In this document: positions 27,301-38,398 of the stretch, piece by piece
Layout of the letters: each line of letters begins with the position of its first letter
Position numbering within the stretch: the first letter of the stretch is position 1
Assembly (NCBI GenBank): GCA_002104945.1
Contig: MCFH01000028.1
Coordinates: 186,001 to 250,000 of the forward strand
Origin: Piromyces finnis finn
Lineage: Eukaryota; Fungi; Neocallimastigomycota
Reading direction: 5' to 3'
DNA length: 64,000 nt
Translations under genes and position numbers: made by a program
The notes under the pieces: generated by a model
Told to the model about the DNA's origin: nothing
Databases searched by the model: none
The model's input: only the letters and a program-made list of their open reading frames with translations

Positions 27301-27551
27301 CCAATTATTTCTTTATTAATAGTACAAATGAATATGTTTCTGTTGGCAGTGGTGGTGGAAAATATGGTCTTTGGTTTGACCAACAAATGTTAAATGGTCG
27401 TAGTCAAGTGTGTGAAACATTCCGTAATGAAGTTTTATCCACTTCTGAAGATTTTCAAATTGTTGATATAGAACTTTGGGCTTTCACCACCCAAGTTGAA
27501 AGAGAAGTACTAAGAACAAGACCATCCACTTTTCGTATATCCAAAGAATAA
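24302..27551 (+). CDS. DH (RhoGEF-like)-PH-TLDc fusion protein; 3 predicted exons, about 738 aa
   Basis: Exon 2 (25176-26783) carries DH-like motifs (KYVNELYTIEYEF...IDSIFKGISDIF...FYLPIYQIQSYYDIFLRLQKGT), a PH-like segment (RLVLFDDVIVIAKK) and the TLDc start (LIYSMQLHGSSLSTFY...IFGAFTSEPF...FYGNGETFLW). A phase-1 intron (26784-26997) leads to the TLDc end (VSVGSGGGKYGLWFD...GRSQVCETFRNEVLS...DIELWAF). Exon 1 (24302-24356, MSGLKLKS..., phase-1 GTAA donor) is the least certain part. Confidence 0.85.
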
Positions 27552-27591
27552 AAAAAATAGATATTTTATAGATTTTATAGATTTTTAGATT

Positions 27592-27641
<50 letters not shown>

Positions 27642-28004
27642 CCTTTTATCGTAATTAAATAATATTTTTTGAAAATGAAGAAGAATAAAATAATTTTATT
27701 ATACTCTTTGATAATTTAAATAGGATTAAAAATTAAATATTATTGTATTTTTCTTTCCTCCTATTCTATATATTTATATATAGTGTTTTGCAATAAGTTT
27801 TTTTTATAATAATAAATATAAAAATAAAAAAAAAAAATAAAAAAATAAAAAAAAAGAAATAAAAAACTAAAAAATAAAAATAATTATATATATATAATAT
27901 ATGTATTTATATTCAAACGATAAATAATAAATAAATGATTATTATTGTTATTGTTATTGCTACTATTATAATTAATTAATTTATATGGAAATAAAGACTT
28001 GATC

Positions 28005-28037
<33 letters not shown>

Positions 28038-28448
28038 TACTTTTATTTTATTTATTTATTTTTAATTTAGTATAGTATATATATTTATATTTTTTTTTTT
28101 ATATTATTATTATTTATTTATATATATTTATTTTTTATTTATTTATTGTTTATATTTTTTTGGTGTGTATGTGTGTATTTTTTTTTTTTTAGCTTTATTT
28201 TTTTTTTTTTTTTTTTTTTTAATTTTCTTTTTATATTAATTTATTTGCTTAGTATTGTTATTGTTATATTGTTTTATGAGGTTAATTTTAATTATTTTTT
28301 TTTTTTTCATTGCTTACTAACTACTAATTTAAAAAAAAATAAAAAAAAAAGTTATATATAATGATGATATATAATATTAAGGAATAAAAAAAATAATTAT
28401 TTTAAACTATTATTATGGAAGTGAAGATGATGTGATGAGAGAGTAAAA

Positions 28449-28483
<35 letters not shown>

Positions 28484-28699
28484 AATAGTTATTATTAATT
28501 TTATAATGACGAATATGGTGTTATTTGTAGTTATAATGAGTTTATATTGATTCTTTTCTTCTTCTTCTTTTTTTTTTTTTTTTTCTTTCTTTCTTTTTTT
28601 TTTTATTTATATATAGAATATATAGAATAATAAAAAAAAAAAAAAAAAAGGAATTAAATATTCGTTTTCATATAACTATATATTTTCTTCTTTCATTTG

Positions 28700-28737
<38 letters not shown>

Positions 28738-28784
28738 AAATGAATAAAATATTAGAAGAAAAAAAAATTTAAATTTATTTATTT

Positions 28785-31700
28785 TTAAAATTCGCTTTTT
28801 CCGCGATGTCTAGAGTAACTAAATGTGGAGGCATTACTTGGTGGTGGATTAGCAAAGTATCCACTGGTTGATCTTGGACTGAAACTTGAATTGGATGGAG
28901 ATGATCTTTGACCAAATCCAAAGCTATTAGAAGATGTTGATTTAGCTAAACCAAATTTATTTGAACCTAAGGTTAATGGAGAAATTGATTTCTTATTTGG
29001 ATCAGCTTGTATATTTTGACCGAATAAATTGCCATTTGAATTACCATTATCATTCTTAAATAAAGAATCGGTATTTGAAGCAGCAGCAGAAGAACTGAAC
29101 CATTGATTACCATTATTAGCATTGTTATTCTTGAATAAGGAATCAGCAAAAGTATTATTGCTATTGGTATTTAAGTTATTACGGTTACTTGCTGTACTAG
29201 ATTTTCTTTCTACAGTATCAAATCCCCAACCATTACTACTGGTATTGGTTGTATTGCTACTCCAATTAGTGAAACCCCAATCATTATCTGATTTTTTATC
29301 TGACTTGGAAGCTGATTGTGGTGACTTAATATTATTCCAACCATCAAATGAAACGTTAGAATTTTGAACTGGAGTAGTGGTTGGTGGTGGTATAAAACTT
29401 TGGTTATTATTAATTGGACTCTTAGATTCAACTTGTTTTGGTGCAAATAAGTTGTTGGTGGTATTAGTGGTTTCTGGTTTTTGATCAAAAGTCATGAAAT
29501 TATCAGTATCCCAACCATTAATGTTCCAGCCGTCATTTGCATTATTTTCTCCTCCAAAATCAAATGGAATGCTATCATTAGAAACTGGTTCTGGATTCTT
29601 TGGTGGCTCTTCAACCTTTGGCTTTACAGGTGATTCTGGCTTTGGAGCTGGTGATACTTCTTGATTTGGTTTATTTTCTGGTATATCTTTAATTTCTGAA
29701 AAGTCCCAGTTATCTGTAAATCCCCATCCATCATTATCATTGCTTGGTGGATCTGGGAAAGTTAAATCTGGAAGTTGATTATCTTGAGCTGGGGCTTGAA
29801 CTGGAATAACTTCTGGAACTTGAGCTTCTGGAACAGGGGCTACAACTTCATTTGGAATAATTTCTGAACCTGGTATAGTTAAACCTGGAATTGGAGCAGA
29901 AATTTCAGGGGTAGGCATCGTGTAACTTGATGCTTCAGGAACTGAACTTTCTGAAACAATATTATTTTGGTTTAATGGTTCTGAGGATGGAATAGGGAAT
30001 TCTGGAGCTGGTGGATTAGAAATGCTTGTAAATTGTTCTGGAGATGGAATGGTGAATTCTGGAGCTGGTGGGTTAGAAACACTTGTCAATGGTTCTGGTT
30101 GAGTTGGTTCTGGAATATCAAATGGAATATTATCAGTTTTAAGAGCATCCATATCCCATGCTCCGAAACCATCATTATTGGTGGATTCTGGCATATCAAA
30201 TGGAATTGAATCATTCTTAATAGCATCCATATCCCAAGCACCCATAGAAACATCATTATTTACTTCTGGAATAATTGGAATTTCAGAATTATTAATAGTT
30301 GTTGTTGTATTTTGAACTTGAATTACTGGTTCATTGGAGAAAGGCATTTGAAGTTGTTGAGTTGGTGATGGTAATGGTGATGGAGCAGAAGTCATAAAGA
30401 ACATATCCTTTACTTCTGGATTGAAATATTGTTCAACTCCTTGTTGTGGTGGTAATGCTTCAGTTTGAACTTCTGGTACTACTTCTTGTTTACCAACTTC
30501 AATTTCAGTATTATTTATAGGAATTGATTCAAGAACTGGTTCTTGCTTTTCAACTACTTCATTGTTGAATACAGGAATTGATTCAAGAACTGGTTCTTGC
30601 TTTTCAACTACTTCATTGTTGAATACAGGAATTGATTCAAGAACTGGTTCTTGCTTTTCAACTACTTCATTGTTGAATACAGGAATTGATTCAAGAATTG
30701 GTTCTTGCTTTTCAACAACTTCATTATTGAATACAGGAACTGGTTCAAAAGCTGGTTCTTGCTTTTCAACTTCAATATTATTGTTCTTTATTTCTGGAAC
30801 GATTTCTTGAACTGGTTCTTGAATATATTCTTGTTCTTCATTATCATCTTCTTTTTCTTCGACCTGTTCTCCATCTTCACCTTCATAGTCAAATTCACTT
30901 TCTTCAGAATCAGTTTCATTATCAGAAAGAGCATCAAGGCTTCTTAACTTACTACGGTATTTCTTAACCTTTTCTTCCATATCGTATAAGCACATGAGTA
31001 AATCTTCATGCTCTTTTTCAATATTTTCATTTTCTAATTTAAGTTCATTTATTTCTTCTTTGTATGTTTCTATTGCTTCAGCAGTTGCACCTTCATTTTG
31101 TTTTGCAATATTTTCGGTCACACGAATTTGTGGTTCTATTTCACTTCTTAATTTGGTTTCTAATTCTAATCTTATTTCTGGTTCTAACAATTGCTTTAAT
31201 TCTTCTGTAACCTTGTCACGAATTTCTTCAGTTAATGAGAATTCTAAATTCATCTTAACTTCTGGTTCTAATGCTTGTCTCAATTCTTGAGTAACCTTAT
31301 CTCTGCATTCATCAGCATACATTCTTTCTAAATTCATCTTAATTTCTGGTTCTAAAGATTGTCTTAATTCTTGAGAAATTCTTTCCTTACATTCAGCAGC
31401 ATAAGTTTGTTCTAAATTCATTTTTATTTCTGGTTCTAATGTTTGTTTTAATTCTTCGGCAATCTTTTCTCTGCATTCATCAGCATACATTCTTTCCAAA
31501 TTCATTTTAACCTCAGATTCTAAAGATTGTTTCAATTCTTGATAAATCTTATCACGGATTTCATCGGAGAATTTTTGTTCTAATGAAGATTTAACTTCTG
31601 GTTCTAAAGTTTGTTGTAAATCTTGAATAACCTTTTCACGACATTCTTCAGTAAACATAAATTCCAAGTTCATTTTAACTTCTGGTTCTAAAGCTTGTTG

Positions 31701-34700
31701 TAATTCTTGTGTAACCTTTTCACGACATTCTTCAGTAAGCATAAATTCTAAATTCATTTTAACTTCTGGTTCTAAAGCTTGCTTTAATTCTTGAGAAACC
31801 TTTTCACGACATTCCTCTGTAAATCTTTGTTCTAAGGAAGCTTTAACTTCACCTGAAAGTCTATCTTCTAATTCCTTAATTACGGATTCTTTCATTTCTT
31901 CTTCAATTTTGCTACGAACCTCTGATTGAAGAGCATCTCTTAATTCAGTAGAAATACTCTCAACCATTTCTGCTTCACGTTCATTTCTAATTTCTGATTT
32001 AACTTGGTGTTCAACTTTTTCTTTTATTTCTTCTTCAAATTCACTTCTTAAATTTTCCTTTATTATAGGTTCAAATTCTTCCTTTAATTGACGTTCTAAA
32101 TTCATCATAATTTCTGGCTTAAGAGCTTCTCTTAATTCTTGTGTAATCTTTTCTCTACATTCTTCTGAATACCTTTGTTCTAATGAATTCTTAACATCAT
32201 CTGTAAGTTTTGGTTCCAATTCTGAAATTATTTCATCCTTAATTTTTTCTTCATAGATTGGTCTCAATTCTCTTTCTAATGAAATCTTTACTTGTTCCTC
32301 GAGACTTTCTCTTAATTCTGCAGTTAATTTTGCTAAAATTTCTGGCTTATATTCTTCACGTATTTCATCTTCAATACTACCCTTTAATTCTTCTTCTAAG
32401 GAACCACGAAGTTCACTATTGAGATCAGCTAAAACCTTTGGCTCACAAATAACTCTTAATTCTTGTTCAACAGCTGCCTTAATTTCATCATTAAGGAAAG
32501 TACGTTTTTCCTTTTCAAGCTTAACCTTTAATGCTTTAGCTTGTTTTTCCCATGCATCTTGTTTTTCCTTGTAGTCCTTTTCCCAACGTTCTTTTTCTTC
32601 TTGCATATCACTTTCCAATTCGACCTTTAAGTCTTCCCATTCTAATGCTTCACGCTTAACTCTAGTTTCTTCCCATAATTCATCAATATCCCATTGAAGA
32701 GAACCTAAGAGTGGACAAGCAGTACGGCATTCTGGTGAAATTAAAGAATCATCGATTTCACAAACTTCCAAGGATGATTGGTGTCTGTAAAGAATATACC
32801 ATTTATTACTTATAGTTTTATTTAACGAGTTAGTTGGTAGACCCTTAAGATTGATAAAACTATGAATTGGCTTATCTAACTTCCAACCTATAGCATAGTC
32901 AAATTGAACACCATCAAAATTAAATGGACAATCGCAGTAAAATTTGAAAGCTTGAGTAGATTTAGTGAGATTAGATCTTAATTTAATTGGCGATTGAACT
33001 TCATCTTCTTTTACTAATGGGGAAGATAAATGGAAACTAAAAAGCATTGATTCATTATTCTTATACGCGATTAAACATTTTAACTTTTCATCCCATTTCC
33101 AAAGTGTCTTACGACCTAAATTTAATTCATGTAAAACATTTAAATTAAAGGTATCTAAAATTTGAATGCATCTGTTTTTATTGCTGCCAACGATTAAAAT
33201 AGAATCAACACCAAATTTGTTATTATAGCATGCAAATTCCAATGAATTAATTGGTTTTGCGGATCCAACTGGTTTTCTACCCTTTTTATAATGAACTGGT
33301 GAGAAATAAAAGAATGGTAATTGGAAATCACCAATTTCATTCATATTCCATAATCTAACTAAACCATCTTCACCGCCAGTAGCTAAAATAGAACCATCAG
33401 TGTTAAATGCAAGACATCTAACATCACATCCATGTTCTAATTTAACGGCTTTAATACCGAGTTTAAGCCTATTATCACGATCTTGTTCCTTCTTTTGAAT
33501 AATCTTTCTTCTACGTTTTTCTCTCTTCTTTTCCTTTCTTCTACGTCTACGTTCCTTCTTTTTCTTTTTCATTTCTTCATCCGAAGATGAGGATGAAGAA
33601 GAGGATGAATCACTAGATTCTGATTCTTCTTCAGAATCTTCTTCATCTGCATTAATCTTTCTCTTCCAAAGATTATCTTCAATGTTAAAGTAAAGAGCAC
33701 ATTTCATGTTGGTACCAACAACAAATGAATTTGGATTATTTGGTTGGAAAGAAGCACAATAAATTTGATATTCATTACTTTTGATGGCCATAATAATAGT
33801 ACAGAAATCGGAAGAAAGTTTTCCATTTTCAAATATATCTTTACTTTCATCAAATTCATGAACAATAATTACACCTTCTTCATCAATACTTAAAAGTCTA
33901 GTATACTTATTTTCTATTGTAGTAATATCAATGTGAATGATATTACTTGAATGACCACCAAGAACAAACTTAAATTTCTTTTGTTCTTGAATAACATGGA
34001 TATTCTTACCATCAATATAACAAACGTACTTATTATTTTTATCAATAACTATTGAAGATGAAACGTTATTAGTATAAGCTTCTAAGGATTCTGAGGACTT
34101 ACTTATAAGATTAAATGGTAAATCCTTTGAAGATAAAGGACTAAATAAGTAATCATCATCTTTTAAGAAATCATATTCTACAGTAGTAGCTGGTAATCTT
34201 ACACCATCTGGAATTCTATCTTTTTGTCTATAAATTGGTCTACGTTGATCAGGTTCAGTTAAAATTGATGAATCCTTTACCTTGATTTCTTTGGTTTGTA
34301 ATCCAACATCTTCTTTTTCTACAGTAGTAACTTCATCAATAGTTTGAACTCCTTGATCTGAGGTTTCAACAGGTGTAGCATTTGGAGTATTTTCAGTTTC
34401 TTTATCAACAACTTCTTCAGTTATTTCTGTCATTGTTGAATTTTCAACCATCTCTGGTTTTGCTGAACCATCAGTATAACCATAGCCATAGCCATAGCCA
34501 TATCCACAGTTATAACCATATTGAGCATAATATGAAGCATATTGTTCGTTACTATATTGTGGGTTTCCGTTAGCATCAACTGTAGTTGCATATTGTGGGT
34601 TTCCATTAGCATCAACTGTGGTTGCATATTGTGGGTTTCCGTTAGCATCAACTGTAGTTGCATATTGTGGATTTCCATTAGCATCAACTGTAGTTGCATA

Positions 34701-36228
34701 TTGTGGGTTTCCATTAGCATCAACTGTAGTTGCATATTGTGGATTTCCGTTAGCATCAACTGTAGTCATATATTGTTGATCAGCATAGGTTTGTTGTTCA
34801 ACAGGACTAACATAAGACATTTGTTGATCTGTTGGAATAGCATAAAGTTGTTGTTCATCTGGGTTAATGTAAGATGATTGTTGTTCAGTAGTAACAGTAT
34901 TTGTTTGTTGTTCTTCAACAGTATTAATTGTAGATGGTTGTTGTTCAACAGGACTAATATAAGATGATGGTTGTTCGATATTTGCTTGTTGTTCTTCAAT
35001 AGTATTAATTGTAGATGGTTGTTCAACAGGACTAATATAAGATGATGGTTGTTCGATATTTGCTTGTTGTTCTTCAATAGTATTAATTGTAGATGGTTGT
35101 TGTTCAACAGGACTAATATAAAATGATGTTTGATCAATATTTGTTTGTTGTTGTTCAACTGAATTAATTAAAGAAATTGGTTGTTCCACTACAGGACTAA
35201 TATATAATTGTTGTTGTTGTTGTTGTTGTTCAATTGATATAGTATTAGTTTGGGCTGGTTGTTCAGCATTACTAGTTTGAGCTGGTTGTGATTGTTGTTG
35301 TTGAGTTTCTTCAACATCAGGGTTAATGGTATCATGAGTTTCTATCAATTGAGTATGGCATTTCAAGTTATTAAATATTGAAAATTATAAAAATATATAG
35401 ATAGATAGATAGATAGATTATTCATGTTATTATATTATTCAATAAAGGATTCATTAAAAAAAAATAATAATAATTTTATTTGCTTTATCTTGTATTTAAA
35501 TTTCATATCCAAATATTTATTTTTTTTTTTTTTAAAATAGTATTTTATTAATGTTTCTTTTTATAATTTGTAATTATCACAATAGACATATTTATATTAC
35601 CTAAATTAGCTGGAATAATTTCTGGAGAAGGAATTAATGTTTCAGTTGTAATTGATGTTTTCTTATCTTCCTTCTTCTTTGAATTATGTATATTTTCTGA
35701 TTCTTTGTCGAAACGACCTATCTGTGAGTTTGAAAATTTCTTAGCCTTATTACGAGATTTTCTTCCTCTTGTATATGTTGATGGTGCTTTTGGTGTATCA
35801 TATAAAGAATTATTAGAAGGAGGTGGATTAGTACCACTTAAAGATAATGAGTACAATGTTGGACTTATAATTTCATTATCCTTTGGAGGAGCAGATAATG
35901 TATCATTATTAGTATTTGTTGAGAGCTTATCATTTTCACTATCTTTTGGTGGACCATTTGTTTTATCATTTATATTTGTATTAGTTGGAAATGGTTTATT
36001 ATCAGAAGGTGGTAAACTATATGAAATAGGACTAGTCATGTCACTATCTTTTGGTGGGCCACTTAAAAGTGAAGGTTCATGGGTAATTGGTGATTCTTGA
36101 TGTAATTCTTTAGTATTTGAATCGTTTGTATGTGAGGTTTGGTTTGTTAGTTCATGTGTAGATGGTGATTCATCTTCATCAGATTCACTCCATGGCTCAG
36201 CCATGAAATTTAAATCTATATCATCCAT
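28785..36228 (-). CDS. EDC4: Giant repetitive protein (about 2394 aa) with an EDC4/Ge-1/Varicose-type WD40 propeller, 28-aa helical repeats and a Trp-rich disordered tail
   Basis: The WD40 region (about 34060-32740) aligns by eye with Varicose/EDC4 as I recall them: IVIDKNNKYVCY..NIHVI..FVLGGHSSNIIHI..LLSIDEEGVIIV; EHGCDVRCLAFNTDGSILATGGEDGLVRLW; KPINSLEF; ILIVGSNKNRCIQI; FDYAIGWKLDKPIHSFI. Exon 1 (36228-35601) joins exon 2 (35341-28785) through a frame-preserving phase-1 GT-AG intron. The symbol refers to the propeller only; orthology is not established. Confidence 0.75.
30515..30770 (-). repeat. 54-bp coding tandem repeat (QEPVLESIPVFNNEVVEK, 4 full copies plus a partial)
   Basis: ggttcttgcttttcaac recurs every 54 bp. 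Confidence 0.95.
31188..31859 (-). repeat. 84-bp coding tandem repeat (28-aa unit LEPEVKMNLExxxxEECREKVTQELxQx, 8 copies)
   Basis: Eight consecutive 28-aa units fill 672 bp; further degenerate copies lie on both sides. Confidence 0.92.
34555..34770 (-). repeat. 36-bp coding tandem repeat (ATTVDANGNPQY x6)
   Basis: agcatcaac recurs six times at 36-bp spacing, with almost only synonymous differences. Confidence 0.97.
34860..35200 (-). repeat. 78-81-bp coding tandem repeat (YISPVEQQPSTINTIEEQQANIEQPSS, about 3-4 copies)
   Basis: acaggactaatata recurs on the plus strand; the protein repeat is visible in the ORF track. Confidence 0.9.
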
Positions 36229-38398
36229 AGTAAATTAAAATATTATTATTTTCTTTTTTGTCTTTTTCTCTTTAAATATGAATTTTTGAATTAATAAATT
36301 TCTTGGTATTATATATTATTATCAAGTATTTTCTATATTAAAAAAGTAATATAATAATATTATATAAATTTAAATAATAAACAGTTAAAAAATAAAAATT
36401 AATATTTATTATTTATCTTTATAATATTGTCACAATTCTATAAAAATTAATTTTATAATAACATTATTACATATATATGAAATAATTTATGAATAAATAA
36501 TTATTGAACATTTTTAAATATTTCCTTTTCTTTAAATATACATTTATGCAATTGGATAAATAAAAGAATCTTACCGAGAAACATTAAATACTTTTAAAAA
36601 AAATAATAAAATAAATTCCAACTTATAATTCTACCATAATTAATGAATTACTATTTAAATAAAAGATCTAATATTTATTAAAATATAAAAAAAAAAAAAA
36701 AGAAAAAAATAAATTTTAATTGTTGTTGTTTATCCACCGAATATGTTCATATTTGTTTTCTTTATTTATCCATTAGATTAATATATTACTTTTATTAATA
36801 ATAAATACATTAGTTATTGAAATATTAATAATAACCAATAATTATATAGGTGTAACTTGTTTGTTTTTTTAAGAAAAAAAATAAAAAAATAAATTCATTT
36901 ATTTACTAGATTATCAATGATTTTATTAAAGCATAAATGTATTATTGATTTTTTTTTTTTTTTTTTTATTTAATCCTTATAGAAATTTCAATATAAATAA
37001 ATAAAAAATAAGAATTTTACCTATAAAAAATATAAATATTATTGATATTTTAGTGTTAAATTAAATTATGATTTCATAAACATGAAAAAAATTAAGGTTA
37101 TAAATATCTTTTTTTTTTTTTTTTTTTTTTATAATATTTTCTCTATTATTATTATTTATATCTTTTTTAGAAAAAATAAGTAAAAAAAAAAAATTGTAAA
37201 ATGTTAATAGGATTAAATTTTTTATATTTGGAAATAATTAAAATTTTATTTAGATTTTAATTTAAATTTATTTATTATTAATATTAATAAATTCTTAATA
37301 AAATTAATAACTATAATTGTGATACATACAATAACGTTAGTGAGAAGCTTATGTAGGACTAAAATCATTTTATAAAGAGAAAAAAGTTTAGGAAAAAAAA
37401 AAAAAGTAGAAAATATGTATTGTTAATTATTACTATAGAAGAGAGGAATGATATATAAAGATAATATTTCTTTTTTTTTTATAAAAGAAAAATTAAATAA
37501 AAATAAAATATTGATTGAAATTTTATATTATATATACAACTTTTTTTTTTTTAAAGTATGTATTATAATTCATGAATTTTTCTTATCACTATTCAAAAAT
37601 GAAAAAAAAAAAAATTATTCGAAATAAGAGTTGATTTCTTTTTAAATTCAAAATACATAAAGCTTTAATTGAACCTTTTTTTAATACTATAGAATTAATA
37701 ATAATTCATAATTCATGGGTATAAAGTAAAGTTTAATTTCAATATAATATTGAACTCAAAGTTAGTTTTTACTTGACCCATTTTAATGTATGGTGTAAAA
37801 GATAGGAATAAAAGGAAAATTATAAAAGTTTATTGAATCATATAAAAGTTAATTTGATCTTTCTATTCATATAGAATTAAATGGATTATATAAAAAATAG
37901 TTAAATAACTCGATAAAGAAAGTCGACAAATTTGCTGCTATAATAAAGATTAGTTAAAAAGGATTAAGTATTTAAATATCTTTTTCTTCAAGTTTAGGAA
38001 TGATAGGTGAACTTTAAGACATCCAATAAAATAAAATATAATGTAGCTTCGTTTCTATTTTAAATAATAAAGCAATGATGGATATGGATGAACCAACATA
38101 TAATTATGAATGATTTTTTTGTTTTTTTAAAGTAATTTTTTATTTAACCTTTTATTTTTTTTTTTTTTATTTTATTTCATACTTTTTTTTTTAAAAAAAA
38201 AAAAAGTTTATTTATTAAAATTAAAATTAAAATTTTAATATATTATATAAACAAAATAAAACAAAATAAAATTAAAAAGAGAAAAAGTAAAAAAAAAAAA
38301 AATTGAATATTAATAAAATACTACACTTTAATTTTGTTTATATGTTAATAAGATTAGTCATTTTTTTTTAAAGGAAAAAAAAAAAAAAAAAAAAGAGT

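Noticed and set aside
28146-28361. Phe-rich short ORF (also 42150-42359, 51151-51336, 54146-54328)
   Set aside because: They derive from poly-T or AT-rich intergenic sequence, some start at TTG, and none has coding-like composition.
29122-36100. Several plus-strand and alternative-frame ORFs (29122, 29210, 30562, 30705, 30994, 34382, 34430, 34542, 34766, 35705)
   Set aside because: They are antisense or off-frame shadows of the repetitive minus-strand gene, which has the coherent domain content.
36555-36590. Minus-strand micro-exon ATG TTT CTC G|GTAAG upstream of the EDC4-like gene
   Set aside because: An in-frame stop at 36235-36237 and the lack of an acceptor between it and the ATG at 36228 prevent a simple coding join; at most a 5' UTR intron, unsupported.
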